64,000 bases of DNA from NCBI GenBank assembly GCA_965140785.1, contig OZ223475.1:192001-256000 (forward strand), read 5' to 3'. Below are positions 20,591-31,496 of the stretch, in pieces (positions within the stretch are counted from its first letter, which is position 1; each line of letters opens with the position of its first letter). A program made the translations under genes and the position numbers. This DNA is from an uncultured Ruficoccus sp. GTDB lineage: Bacteria; Verrucomicrobiota; Verrucomicrobiia; Opitutales; Cerasicoccaceae. A model generated the notes under the pieces. It saw only the letters and a list, made by a program, of their open reading frames with translations. It was not told where the DNA came from and did not search any database.

Positions 20591-22046
20591 ATGACTTCAT
20601 ATACTAACTTTTTTGCCACACTCGAACTAAACTCCCGCTTGCTGGGCTGCTGGCTGGGTAAATTGATCGGGGGCACGCTTGGCCTGGCTGCCGAGGGCCG
20701 GATGGATCGGCTTCACTACTCGTTTTACGAGCCGGTACCGACCATCGCTCCACCCAACGACGACCTCGAACTGCAACTGGTCTGGCTGCACTTGGTCGAG
20801 CAAAAACAAGAGCAGGGAGCTGACGGCTCAGGACTTCGCCAAGGCCTGGATCGAGAACATTCACTATATGTGGGACGAGTATGGGCGCTGCCGCTGGAAC
20901 CTGCGCCGAGGGGTACCGTCGGAGGCATGCGGGACATTTGAGAACTGGTTTGTCAGCGGAATGGGCTCACCGATCCGCTCAGAAATCTGGGCCTGCCTTT
21001 TCCCCGGTGATCCGGCCAGTGCGGCCTATTATGCCGCTCTCGATGCTTCACTCGATCATGGCGTGGAAGGGATTGCCGGAGAGGTTTACTTCGCGGTTAT
21101 CCAAAGTCTGGTTTTGGGCGGTGTCACGTTGGCTGACGCGCTGGAGCAGGGGAGTGCGCGCCTACCCGCTGACTCCGAAACCGCACAGGCCGTGGCGCTC
21201 GTGCGTCGTTTGTACGCCGAGGGCGTGGAGGTTTGGGAGTGCCGCGAGAAACTGCTCAGCGAGCATGGTCATGACAACTTTACCCATGCCCCGCTCAATA
21301 TCGCGCTCACCGTGTGGGCCATGCTTTACGGGGAGGGGGACTTTAGCGAGACGATCCTCTACGCCGTCAACGGTGGCTACGATACAGACTGCACGGCGGC
21401 GACTGCCGGGGCGATTTTGGGGATGGTTATCGGTGCCGAAAACATCCCGGACAAATGGAAAGCTCCGATCGGCAACGGTGTCTATGTCGGGCCCGGTATC
21501 CTCGGGATTGACAGCCCGAGCACGCTTGAGGAGCTGACTCAACGCCAGACTGCGCAGATCGGTAAACTGGCAAAAAGGAGCTGGGACGATCTCGTGCTCG
21601 AACCGACTCCGCCTGCCGTGGATGTGGCCACGCTGCCCGGGACGCTGACTTTGACGCTGCCGGACGGAGAAACGGCCTTGTGGGCCAACGGCGAACTTCC
21701 CGCGAGTGTGAAAGCCGCCGGTGGGGCGACTTGGACTTGGGATAAGCCTGATGACAGCCCGCGGTTCCTGATCGCACTGGCGACTGCGGGAGCCCGCCTC
21801 TACGTAGATGGTGAGCGGGTCGTTGATTGCCCGCCGGGAGTGCCCTTCGTCCCTGCGACTCACCGCTGCGCGGACCCGGCTCGTCAAACGGTTAAACTTC
21901 CCGCAGGCAAGCACGAGGTGCGTTTGGAGTTAAATAAAAAAGATCCCGAGCAGGATGCGACGGTATATCTGGCCTATCCGAACCTGCACATCGCCCCGTG
22001 GACGATCGAAGAACTGCCGAAGTTGGCGCAACTCCCAGAAGCCTGA
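20591..22046 (+). CDS. ADP-ribosylglycohydrolase-family protein with a +1 frameshift near 20802-20806
   Basis: GCWLGKLIGGTLG and PNDDL are in one frame; MGSPIRSE, SLDH and GYDTDCTAATAG are in the next. Removing one A from the A5 run restores a single ORF. Confidence 0.75.
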
Positions 22047-22085
22047 ACGGTTTCCATTAACCGCTTGTATTCAAAAATAATTACT

Positions 22086-23174
22086 ATGTCTGATAAACTA
22101 AAAATCGGTATCCTCGGCTGTGGAAACATGGCGCAAATGGCGCACATTCCGGCCTTCAAATCGCTGGCCAACGCCGATGTCGTTGCCCTGTGTGATTTTC
22201 GTTTAGACGTCGCTCAAGCCTTGTGTACTCGTTGGGATGTCCCCAACGCCTGTGCCAGCCTTGAGGACATGCTGGCATTGGATATCGACGCTGTCGCGGT
22301 TCTGACGCCTGCGCATAGTCATTTGCGTGACATTCGGCTTTCACTGGAGGCGGGTAAGCATGTTTTTACCGAGAAGCCTGCCGCCATGTGTGTCGAGTCG
22401 GTACGCGAGCTTCAGCAGGTGGCCCAGAAGGCAGGAAAAACCGTCAGGGTCGGCTACATGAAGCGGCACGAGCAAAACATCTGCGAATTGCTGAAGCTTC
22501 AATCCGCAGGTGACTGGGGAAAGCTGCTCTTTGTGCGCACGCATTCGTTCATCGGTAGTCACTGGGATGCCGCAGTGGGGAGTCTGGTTCGCCCGATTAC
22601 TTCAAGCGAAATCCCGCCTTTCGATGCCTCGGTGCTCGATCCCGGACCGGGTTGGCTGGACGCTCCGCGTGACAAGTGTTTTTACAGCTTCGACAACCCA
22701 TACTTTGGCCTGCTCGATACCGGCTCACACTCGGTCAATCTGCTGCGCTACCTGACGGGAACAACGCCAAGTGTCAAAGGCGTGCGCAACAGCGGGCCAG
22801 TGCGCCTGGTGGATTTCGACTTTGGCGGGGTGCCAGGTGTGTTGGAGTTTTGCGTGAACTTCGCCATGGAGCGTTGGGACGAAGTGACCGAGCTTTACTT
22901 TGAAAAGGCCAGTGTAACGATCAAAACGCCGCCACCGCTGGACCGGCAGACCTCCGCGCAGGTCGAGATCTACACCGAGGCCGACGGTCGCCACGAAAAC
23001 CTTGTGTTGGAGAACAATCGCCGCTGGGCCTTCCAGCGACAGGCAGAGTCCTTTGTTCAGCAGGCGCTTGCCGGCGAAACTGGAACCGATCTGGAAGAGG
23101 CCGAGCAGGATGTTGCTTTGATCGAGCAAATCTACCGCCTGGAAACCGGGGCAGTCGTTCTCGCTGAATCCTGA
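22086..23174 (+). CDS. Gfo/Idh/MocA oxidoreductase
   Basis: IGILGCG, GKHVFTEKP, GYMKR and DTGSH motifs. Confidence 0.85.
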   Translation: MSDKLKIGILGCGNMAQMAHIPAFKSLANADVVALCDFRLDVAQALCTRWDVPNACASLEDMLALDIDAVAVLTPAHSHLRDIRLSLEAGKHVFTEKPAAMCVESVRELQQVAQKAGKTVRVGYMKRHEQNICELLKLQSAGDWGKLLFVRTHSFIGSHWDAAVGSLVRPITSSEIPPFDASVLDPGPGWLDAPRDKCFYSFDNPYFGLLDTGSHSVNLLRYLTGTTPSVKGVRNSGPVRLVDFDFGGVPGVLEFCVNFAMERWDEVTELYFEKASVTIKTPPPLDRQTSAQVEIYTEADGRHENLVLENNRRWAFQRQAESFVQQALAGETGTDLEEAEQDVALIEQIYRLETGAVVLAES

Positions 23175-23220
23175 GTCTGTATCCATCGTTCAATACAATT
23201 ATTTATTCAACGAACACTCC

Positions 23221-24222
23221 ATGAAAATCGCCCATCATCTCGGACAGTCCAAAGTTGTCATTGAAGAAGTCTCCAAACCCGTGCCCAAAGCCGGTGAGGT
23301 CTTAGTCAAGAACGTCGTCTCCGCTCTTTGCGGGAGCGAGATGAACGACTACCGCAAGGACGGGATACCCGGTGGCAACAATGGCCACGAGGCTGCCGGT
23401 GTCGTGGCTGAACTTGGCGAGGGTGTCACCTCATTGGAGGTCGGCCAGCGCGTCGGCGTCAGTGCGATCTCCGGTTGCGGAAAGTGCGACTACTGCAAAA
23501 AGGGTCAGTACACCTGGTGCGACAATTTTAGCTTCTATGGCAACATGCATGCAGAGTATTTCGTCATCGCCGCGCATGCCTGCCACATCATCCCGGACGG
23601 CATTCCCTGGGAAGTCGGTGTGCTTATTACCGGTGACGGGTTAGGCGTGCCTTATCATACCTCCCGCAAGATCGCCTCGCCCGAAGTCGAGACGGTGGCG
23701 GTCTTCGGGCTCGGACCGATCGGCTTGGGAAATGTCCTTGTGCAAAGCCATCTGGGCCGCCGCGTCATCGGGATCGACCTCTCGCCCGACCGCCGCGCAC
23801 TCGCCGTGGACATGGGGGCGAGCGATGTCATCGCCGCCGATCAGGTCAAGGATATGCGTGAAGCCGTGGCGGAACTGACCGGCGGCATGGGGGCGGATGT
23901 GTGCATTGAGGCGGCGGGTATTCCCGTGACCGCGCGCCAGTGTTTTGCTTGTACGCGTAAGGGCGGTATCGTTGTCTTTAACGGCGAACAGCCGAAGCTC
24001 GAACTCTCCCCGAGCGAAGATTTTATCCGCCGCGATATTACCGCCATCGGCTCGTGGTTCTATCATTTCTGCGAGTACCCGGCCATGCGCAAGGCCTACG
24101 AAAACGGCCTGCGCGTGGACAAACTCGTCACCCACCAATTCCCCTTGGATCAAGTCTCCGAAGCCTACCAAGCCATGGCCAACGGCAAGTCAGGGAAGGT
24201 TCTCATGCAGTACGGGAAGTAA
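23221..24222 (+). CDS. Zn-dependent alcohol/polyol dehydrogenase (MDR family)
   Basis: LCGSE, GHE, CGKCDYC..G...C and GLGPIG motifs. Confidence 0.9.
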   Translation: MKIAHHLGQSKVVIEEVSKPVPKAGEVLVKNVVSALCGSEMNDYRKDGIPGGNNGHEAAGVVAELGEGVTSLEVGQRVGVSAISGCGKCDYCKKGQYTWCDNFSFYGNMHAEYFVIAAHACHIIPDGIPWEVGVLITGDGLGVPYHTSRKIASPEVETVAVFGLGPIGLGNVLVQSHLGRRVIGIDLSPDRRALAVDMGASDVIAADQVKDMREAVAELTGGMGADVCIEAAGIPVTARQCFACTRKGGIVVFNGEQPKLELSPSEDFIRRDITAIGSWFYHFCEYPAMRKAYENGLRVDKLVTHQFPLDQVSEAYQAMANGKSGKVLMQYGK

Positions 24223-24544
24223 GTGGAATCAAGGAGTATCAGAGATTCTTTAAATCCTATTCGCTAGATAAAAAAGGCAAATCGGAAGACAATCTGTCAT
24301 CGATAGCCCATAGGCGGATGTTCGGTGATGATCCTTGTATGATAGGTGCTTGATGATGCGCTGATAAATTCTCTGGTTAGTCTTATTGTATCATTCCATG
24401 TGTCAGCGATTCGACAAAGTCGTTTCTCTCGGCCCTAGGTCTTGGCGTCGATTCGGCCCGAATTACTAAGTCGTTTTCTGACGCCTTACTAGGCTCATTT
24501 TTAGGGTGGTGGATTCGATGTGGGGTGCTTGAATCATCGGGCCG

Positions 24545-25130
24545 GACCAGTTGAGTTTGATGCATCTGTCGAATGTTCTGATGACTCCCGAATCGGATAT
24601 TCCTCCAGCGATTGCGAATGCCCTCTATGCTGTTCACGAGGTAGCAGTGGAGGAAAATACGGAGCTACTTGAAATGCTTGCCTCCTCGGAGGAGGTTCCG
24701 CTTGAGCCGGACTCGACGTTGCTGGAGCTTGCGCCCGCCGGTGCCTCAAATGCAATGGTACGGTTCTAGGAGGTCACGCCAGGGTTGCCAATACCACGTG
24801 AGTGATGGTTCGTTCTTTCCGGACAGTCGCGGCCAGCCGTGTGTAGAGTCGCACCTTTACGCCGGCCGTTAGGCAGAATTCGTCCAGGATTTGCTTCATA
24901 GACTCGACATCGTAGAGGTCGCGCTCATGCAGTATGGCTTCACGCTGCCGGAGGGCTTCACGGATTTCAACAATCAACCCGGGCTTATCCTACGAGTCGA
25001 GTATCAGAGATAAAAGACCAGCGGTCCAAACGCCCCCCGAGGAATCCCTGATGCCCGATCAGGCATACCGACGCCCCGTTGCGGGCGGCCGCGATGCCGG
25101 TCGGACCACCGCCACATCGGAGCTGGCTTT
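24545..25130. pseudogene. Patchwork of short gene remnants, probably mobile-element debris
   Basis: Short protein-like fragments on both strands (e.g. VLMTPESDIPPAIANALYAVHEVA; LMPDQAY reminiscent of an IS integrase tail) without intact ORFs. Confidence 0.25.
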
Positions 25131-25190
25131 GACAGGCAAAGAGCTAGGCTTTTCCTCTATTATATCAATGTTTGTCATTTTACAAAATGG

Positions 25191-26615
25191 CTAGATGCGA
25201 CCGCGACGATCTTCCAGCAGAGTCCGGATCTCGGCCAGCCTTTGTCGGTTAAGGGGATAAAATAAAACCAGTGCCAGAGAAAAAATCCAGATAACGACAG
25301 GGATCAGCAGAAATACCCACTTCATACGTAGAAGCACCTCTGGTGACTGCTCGGAGAGCAAAACATCAAAACCTGTGACATTGAGCATGAGGCCGCCAAT
25401 GCCCATCGCGCACGTATTGGCTGCTTTTATAAACCAGGAATAAAAGGCGTTGAGCGAGCCTTCCCGTCGTCGGCTGGTGTCAACTTCATCGTAGTCCGCA
25501 ACGTCCGCCTTCATCGATGGCATAAACAACCAAATGGCGGTGAAGCCACAGGATTGCATTATGGCCGGGATCAATTGGAGGTAAGGCATTTCCGGATTTA
25601 AGCAGAAATAGTAAGTCAGGTGCCCAAACATGGCTATCAGCAACAATGCGATGACCAGGGTTTTCTTGTCGAACTTCTCACTTAGCCAAGTCAGGATAGG
25701 AAGCGAGATTATGCCAACCACCACAGTGATGGTGACCTTCCATCCATCGATGATCGAGGCGCTCGCCAATTCTCCCTTATTGACCAGAAAAATATTAATG
25801 TATTGCCCGAGGCTTGCTACGGACGCATTTCCGAAAGATAAAAAGAAGGAGGCGCCGATCAGGCACCACAACGGTTTGCAGCGAAACGTTTCGCGGATGC
25901 TTTGCCAGAATGGTTCACGCTTCTGCTTGCTGGCTTCTTTCTCGTAGTAACGCTCCTTAACAAAAAGCGCCGGCAGCAAGCCGATGGCGATGATCAGGAT
26001 GGCTAAAACCCAACTGCAGGAGCGCACGCCGTTGACGATGTCCGCCTCGCCAGTTTCCGGATTGGCGAACCAGGGACCAGTGACAATAGCCATAATCCAT
26101 CCCCCGCCCAGAGACACGATTTTGGCGGCGAGGGACATCCACGCCGTCAGCCGCGTGCGTTCATCATAATTAGGCGTAAGCTCAAGCTGCATCCCGTAAT
26201 ACGGCATCGACCAGCACGTAAATGAGCTGAAGAAAAGCCAGCCGAGAACAAGCATGTAAAAAAACATAGCGGTCTCTCCCCAGCCTTCGGGTGGTCGCCA
26301 AAGGAATGGATAGATAATCCCCGACAGAATGGCTCCGATGAACATGAAGGGTCGCCGTCGCCCCCAACGCGTCCGGGCGTTGTCAGAAATATTTCCCATG
26401 AGCGGATCAGAAATCGCGTCCCACGCACGCAACAGCATCAGACCGAGGCCAATCAAGGCGGGGTTCATCTTCAAGCCAATGTTGAAATATGGCATCCACA
26501 GCATGCTGATGGTTACGTAGGTTGCAAAATAATCCATCTTGCCACCGAAGGCGAAGGCGATTTTTTGCCCAAAGGGAATCCGGTCCGACTCCGGTATCGT
26601 ATTTTTAGCTGCCAT
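25191..26615 (-). CDS. GPH/MFS sugar:cation symporter (copy 1)
   Basis: DAISDPLMGNISDNARTRWGRRRPF, ELTPNYDERT and ADVADYDE..RREG motifs; 474 aa. Confidence 0.9.
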   Translation of the reverse strand: MAAKNTIPESDRIPFGQKIAFAFGGKMDYFATYVTISMLWMPYFNIGLKMNPALIGLGLMLLRAWDAISDPLMGNISDNARTRWGRRRPFMFIGAILSGIIYPFLWRPPEGWGETAMFFYMLVLGWLFFSSFTCWSMPYYGMQLELTPNYDERTRLTAWMSLAAKIVSLGGGWIMAIVTGPWFANPETGEADIVNGVRSCSWVLAILIIAIGLLPALFVKERYYEKEASKQKREPFWQSIRETFRCKPLWCLIGASFFLSFGNASVASLGQYINIFLVNKGELASASIIDGWKVTITVVVGIISLPILTWLSEKFDKKTLVIALLLIAMFGHLTYYFCLNPEMPYLQLIPAIMQSCGFTAIWLFMPSMKADVADYDEVDTSRRREGSLNAFYSWFIKAANTCAMGIGGLMLNVTGFDVLLSEQSPEVLLRMKWVFLLIPVVIWIFSLALVLFYPLNRQRLAEIRTLLEDRRGRI

Positions 26616-26843
26616 TGAATGTTCTGAAAGAGTGGGTTGCGCTCTGTTACAGAGGGTTGGGGCAACCTTGAATAATCGATACTCACAGACGAAGCAGGTG
26701 ACCCTGCCGGAAGCTCGATCATGGGGGGATTGCCTGTCGCCGATAAATACAACGATGTCCCTATTAGAGAGACGCTAAGAGGGATAACGTCCGATAGACG
26801 CATTTACTGGGGCAATGGCTTGCAACATGCAAATGACTGACGA

Positions 26844-26972
26844 TTGAACTCGTTAAGCCGGGCTGCTAGGAAAGCAGCTATATCTAACCGATAAACTGAA
26901 TATACAAAATGGGAGCAATATGCTCTATTGCTCCAGAACCCTGATTCTTTATGACGATTTTAACGTGTTAAA
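26844..26972. promoter_or_regulatory. Two putative operator sites (TTAAC-NN-GTTAA family) in the divergent MFS/PEP-CTERM intergenic region
   Basis: TTGAACTCGTTAAG at 26844-26857 and TTTAACGTGTTAAA at 26959-26972. Confidence 0.55.
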
Positions 26973-27021
26973 TGCCATCTAAATTGTATGCGTCCAATTT
27001 ATGAGGTAATCCTGTGGGCTT

Positions 27022-27876
27022 ATGAAAATTAAATATCTTCCCCTCATTCTAGCTTCTACTTCTATTCTCATCGGATCCCAGGCAAATGCGGACGTTATCT
27101 GGACTGCGGACTTTGAGTCCTACAACACTTCAGGCGGCCCCGTAAATGTGACGCTTAACAGCACGGGCGCGGATGACACGTTTTCGTCGATCGCACCTAA
27201 TTCACGAATGTCCACAGCTGCCAGCCAGGTCGCTTCAACGGGTGTTCCGGCCTTCATGTCGGGCAATGCGTTTTACCTTGAGGGATTGGTGACACAAGAC
27301 GGAAACGCATCGATTCGGACGCTTCAGCCTGATCTTCCTAGCCTTGGATCCGATGGCCTGTATGTAGTTAGTTTCGATTTTTTCACCTCCGATTCAACGA
27401 ATTACAGTATCATTGGAGAGACGAGAGCGGGATCCGGCCGCTCGGGCAATACTCTCTATACGGCCAGCACCAACAATACGCCGCTACGCATCACGATGGT
27501 GATCAATCACACAGACAATTCGGTGGCGCTTCCCTCGACCCTCGGAACGCTGAACGCCGACTCCATGGTCATGTATCTCTACGATGGCACCACCTTCAGT
27601 GGGGCTAAGTTTAATGATGGGAACATCACCAGCAGCAGTATTTCTGGATTCAGCATTGGCATAAGCCGCAGTAACTTCGACGAGAATGACACCCCGTCTG
27701 CCTGGTATGACAACTTTGCCGTATGGAATTCCGTAAGCGACACCGTTGGCGGGACGAGCGTTCTGGAATTAGCGCCTGGTACGCCTATTCCTGAACCATC
27801 AACCTATGCATTGATACTAGGAGCGACATGCTTGGTCGGCCACCTTGCGCTTCGCCGCCGGGCCCAGCGCCAATAA
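27022..27876 (+). CDS. PEP-CTERM sorting-domain protein
   Basis: Signal peptide; C-terminal IPEPSTYALILGATCLVGHLALRRR. Confidence 0.9.
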   Translation: MKIKYLPLILASTSILIGSQANADVIWTADFESYNTSGGPVNVTLNSTGADDTFSSIAPNSRMSTAASQVASTGVPAFMSGNAFYLEGLVTQDGNASIRTLQPDLPSLGSDGLYVVSFDFFTSDSTNYSIIGETRAGSGRSGNTLYTASTNNTPLRITMVINHTDNSVALPSTLGTLNADSMVMYLYDGTTFSGAKFNDGNITSSSISGFSIGISRSNFDENDTPSAWYDNFAVWNSVSDTVGGTSVLELAPGTPIPEPSTYALILGATCLVGHLALRRRAQRQ

Positions 27877-27905
27877 GCTTTCGAACGCTCAAAGATGTTC
27901 AGATT

Positions 27906-27935
27906 TAAGTCGCAGCTAATTTGGGCTGCGACTTA
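27906..27935 (+). terminator. Stem-loop after the PEP-CTERM gene (terminator or mRNA stabiliser)
   Basis: TAAGTCGCAGC-N8-GCTGCGACTTA, an 11-bp perfect stem. Confidence 0.55.
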
Positions 27936-28106
27936 TTCGTCCTCAAGGTAAACGGCATCGAATTGCGTTAGCCATTCAATGCAAGTCATCCCGTTCCAAT
28001 CCGCAAGGGTGGAGCTTATACCGCAGCATCTCAGAAAATGTTTTCGTACCGCCCCTTCCCACAGCGATTGTGCGGATTTGAACGGCCGCTTGTCATTACG
28101 TGTCTG

Positions 28107-30101
28107 ATGCCTCGGACAGTACCATCATTGTTCAGACAGGCAGCATTCGTCGCACTGCTGACGCTTGGAGCTTTGCTGGATGCGAAGGTGACGATGCCCT
28201 CGATTTTTAGCGACTACGCGGTTCTGCAGCGATCGCAGCACACCCCTGTCTGGGGTATGGCTTCGCCTCAGGAATCAGTTACGGTAACGGTAGGCGAACT
28301 CGAGGTTCAGACATCGGCTGGAAGCGACGGCGTGTGGAGCGTTTCTCTCAACACCAGCGCGCTGTCGGCCACGCCCGGCGACATGATTGTCACCGGAGAA
28401 AATCGAGTCGTGATTCACGATGTCGCTATAGGTGAGGTTTGGCTGGCGTCCGGCCAATCCAACATGGAATGGCGATTGGATATGACCGACGGCGGGAGGG
28501 AGGAAGTCGCTCGCGGCGCTGGGCCTTTAATACGGGAATTCCAGGTTGAGCGCGTTACCTCGGGCAAGCCGGCGAATCAGGTTTCCGGCAAGTGGATAAA
28601 GGCAGAACCCTGGAAGATGAAATATTTTTCCGGCGTGGCCTATTATTTCGCGAAAATCATTCACGAGAAAACCGGCGCTCCCGTTGGCATTATTCATGCC
28701 GCGTGGGGTGGGACGCCGGTGGAGACATGGATGAGCGCCCAATCACTGCGACGAGAGAAAACGCTGAGCCAGAAGCTGGATGAAATAACCGATACAATGG
28801 AGGCATATCCGGCGCAAAAGGCGGCCTTCGCCCGTGATTTTGACCAATGGTTGGAGGCTACGGGGCGCACAGACCAAGTGCCTCAACCGGAAGTGTTCGC
28901 GGCTGCGGACATCGACGTCTCAGACTGGGTTACGGTGAAAATCCCAGGTGTCATTTCCGGAAATGAACTGCCTCGGCTGGGGGCCTTCTGGGTACGAAAG
29001 GAAATCGAATTGCCCGAACGAAGCGCCGATCATGACATCACCTATATCGTCGATGGCTTTACGGGCTTTGAATCGATCTACTGGAACGGCCACCTCATTG
29101 GCGGAGTCGACCATCGTAACTGGCCGGGCTCTGGAGGGCGACGTTGGTATGAGATTCCGGGCGAGTACGTTAATGCGGGAACAAACATTCTGGCCATTAG
29201 GCTCGCAGCGCCCGTTGAGCCGGCCGCAATTAAGGGCTGGTGGAATCGATTGGATGGCCCGGCTAGAGTTTACGCCAAGGGCGAATGGCTGGCCGCAACG
29301 GAGTATGCCTTACCGGATTTAACTGCCGAAGAAGAGGCTGCGCTTCCCCCGTTTTACGCCGAACCCATGCTGCACCGCTATCGCCCCGGCTATGCGTTCA
29401 ACGGCATGATTCACCCATTGATCCCCTACGGAATACGCGGAGTCATTTGGTATCAGGGGGAAAACAATGTCGGCAACGCCGCACTCTACCGTCACGCTTT
29501 CCCCTTGATGATTGAGGGATGGCGTGAGCTTTGGAATCAAGGTGATTTCCCATTCCTGTTCTGCCAGCTTCCGGCATACCACGCCAAGCAGGCAGAACCT
29601 GTGGAGAGTGAGTGGGCCGAACTGCGGGAGGCGCAGGCGGCGGCGCTTCAGTTGCCCAATACCCGCATGGCGGTGCTGACCGATTTAGGCGAGGCAGACA
29701 ATTTACATCCGCGCAATAAGGCGCCAGTCGGCGAACGTCTGGCGAATCTGGCGCTGTCCAGCGTGTATAACCTGGAGGCACCAAACAGCGGGCCCGTCTA
29801 CGCCGGTATGGAAGTCGAGGACTCACAGGTTCGACTGTTTTTCGAGGACATCGACGGGGCGTTGACACCCTTGTCATCGGAATCGGACAAAACGGCCGCG
29901 GATGAGTTGTCTGGTTTTGCGATCCGAGGAACGGAGGGACAATGGGTCTGGGCCAAGGCAAAAATCGATGGAGATACCGTTATTGTCTGGTCAGAGCAAA
30001 TTGCGGAACCCAAAGCTGTCCGCTATAATTGGGCCGATAATCCATCTGGCAATCTGACGGATGCGACCGGCCTTCCTGTCGCTCCGTTTCGCACGGAGTG
30101 A
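28107..30101 (+). CDS. Sialate O-acetylesterase-family protein (SASA/SGNH) with inserted sugar-binding domain
   Basis: GEVWLASGQSNM, WGGTPVETW, GVIWYQGE and LHPRNK motifs. Start is 28107 or 28038. Confidence 0.85.
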   Translation: MPRTVPSLFRQAAFVALLTLGALLDAKVTMPSIFSDYAVLQRSQHTPVWGMASPQESVTVTVGELEVQTSAGSDGVWSVSLNTSALSATPGDMIVTGENRVVIHDVAIGEVWLASGQSNMEWRLDMTDGGREEVARGAGPLIREFQVERVTSGKPANQVSGKWIKAEPWKMKYFSGVAYYFAKIIHEKTGAPVGIIHAAWGGTPVETWMSAQSLRREKTLSQKLDEITDTMEAYPAQKAAFARDFDQWLEATGRTDQVPQPEVFAAADIDVSDWVTVKIPGVISGNELPRLGAFWVRKEIELPERSADHDITYIVDGFTGFESIYWNGHLIGGVDHRNWPGSGGRRWYEIPGEYVNAGTNILAIRLAAPVEPAAIKGWWNRLDGPARVYAKGEWLAATEYALPDLTAEEEAALPPFYAEPMLHRYRPGYAFNGMIHPLIPYGIRGVIWYQGENNVGNAALYRHAFPLMIEGWRELWNQGDFPFLFCQLPAYHAKQAEPVESEWAELREAQAAALQLPNTRMAVLTDLGEADNLHPRNKAPVGERLANLALSSVYNLEAPNSGPVYAGMEVEDSQVRLFFEDIDGALTPLSSESDKTAADELSGFAIRGTEGQWVWAKAKIDGDTVIVWSEQIAEPKAVRYNWADNPSGNLTDATGLPVAPFRTE

Positions 30102-30314
30102 TCGGGAGTGTTTCCGACATTCACAGGGGGGGGAATTTGAGAATAGACCCCATGGCGTATGGAGATGCCTATGTGCTGCTTCAAATACCGCGATTTGATG
30201 CTAAACTTGCTTGTCGCCAGTCTTGATTTGCAAGAGTATCTACTTCGCGCACCGTCCCGGACTTTTCTTCCCCTTGGTTTGGGGGGGTGAGCGTTGCCCC
30301 AAGCCCTAGAAAAC

Positions 30315-31361
30315 ATGGATGAAAATGAGAAAAGCGGTCTCTCACCGAAACCGGTGACGTTACAAGTGATTGCAGATCGCGCCGGCGTCACCAAAGCGCT
30401 GGTTTCTATGGCACTGCGGGGTTCACCGCGAGTGGCGACCGCTACCAAAGAAAAAATCCAGTCTTTGGCTAAGGAGATGGGGTACCGCTCCAACCCTATG
30501 GTGCGGGCGCTGATGTCGGAAGTGCGCCAGGGCAGCAGCGGCTACCGAGCGACACTGGCATTCGTCACAAATCTTTCCACCGCAGATGCCTGGCAACAAC
30601 TGAGCGTTTATCCTGAGTACATGTCGGGCGCGCAGAAAGCCGGCCAGCGATTGGGCTACCAGATTGAGCATTTTTGGCTCGGTCAATTCCGTTCCAACCC
30701 GTCGCGCCTGAGCGATATTTTATGCGCCCGCGGCATCCCCGGCATTCTTGTGGCCCCGCTTCCCCACAAGGATAACCACTTCAACTTAGACTTGTCGAAA
30801 TTCAGCGCCGTGTCCTTTGGCTATTCCTTGAAAGAGCCGAGAGTGCCGCGAGTATGCAACAACCATGTTCAAACGGTTCGTAATGCGGTGGAGCAGTTGG
30901 TTAGGCGAGGATATCAGCACATCGGTTTTGCGATCGAAGACCGGGAGTTCCGTCAGGTGAATTACCTCTGGAAGGCCGGAATAACCGTAGCCCAGTGCGT
31001 CCATCCCGATCTTAAAATATCAATGTTTCACTCCAAATCCTGGTCAAAGTCTTCGTTTGAGAAATGGTTTAATCGTGTCCGTCCTGAGGTGATTGTTGGC
31101 CTCAAACATGAGATTCTCCTATGGCTCAAAGAGCTTGAACTTTCAATTCCTGAAGATGTCGGTTTCCTTCATCTGGACTGCCGATGGAATGAGGCGACAA
31201 GCGGTATGTACCAAAACACTGAAAGCCTCGGGTCCACTGCGGTGGAGCTACTGGCCAATCTCGTAGAATCCAACATCACCATTGAGAATGTGCAGATGCG
31301 GGTGGTGATGCTACAAAGCAATTTCAACGAAGGCAGAACGCTTCGTCCGCTCCCCAAGTGA
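30315..31361 (+). CDS. LacI-family transcriptional regulator
   Basis: VTLQVIADRAGVTKALVSMALRG HTH, MGYRSNP hinge and IPEDVG. Confidence 0.9.
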   Translation: MDENEKSGLSPKPVTLQVIADRAGVTKALVSMALRGSPRVATATKEKIQSLAKEMGYRSNPMVRALMSEVRQGSSGYRATLAFVTNLSTADAWQQLSVYPEYMSGAQKAGQRLGYQIEHFWLGQFRSNPSRLSDILCARGIPGILVAPLPHKDNHFNLDLSKFSAVSFGYSLKEPRVPRVCNNHVQTVRNAVEQLVRRGYQHIGFAIEDREFRQVNYLWKAGITVAQCVHPDLKISMFHSKSWSKSSFEKWFNRVRPEVIVGLKHEILLWLKELELSIPEDVGFLHLDCRWNEATSGMYQNTESLGSTAVELLANLVESNITIENVQMRVVMLQSNFNEGRTLRPLPK

Positions 31362-31393
31362 AGCAGCCTAGGGCCTGTGCATCGGCTCTCCAG

Positions 31394-31407
31394 TTTTACG
31401 TGTTCAA
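31394..31407. promoter_or_regulatory. Putative operator (degenerate)
   Basis: TTTTACGTGTTCAA upstream of the Gfo/Idh/MocA gene; matches the 26959 and 32748 sites. Confidence 0.4.
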
Positions 31408-31496
31408 TTGAAAAGTATTTGTTTGGCACATGTGGGATATAGTTTCCTTGGCGATTCTAGGAAGACCTAAAATGAAACTATTTACACCCGTCAAAC

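Noticed and set aside
20802..20806. Frameshift in the ADP-ribosylglycohydrolase gene as a regulatory slip site
   Set aside because: A5 run only, with no clear slippery heptamer or stimulatory structure; error or recent mutation is more likely.
25066..25110. TACCGAC followed by a GC hairpin as a fourth mini-insert
   Set aside because: Lacks the TGAYA and AGCGYAGCG parts and can be read as the tail of an IS remnant (PDQAYRR).
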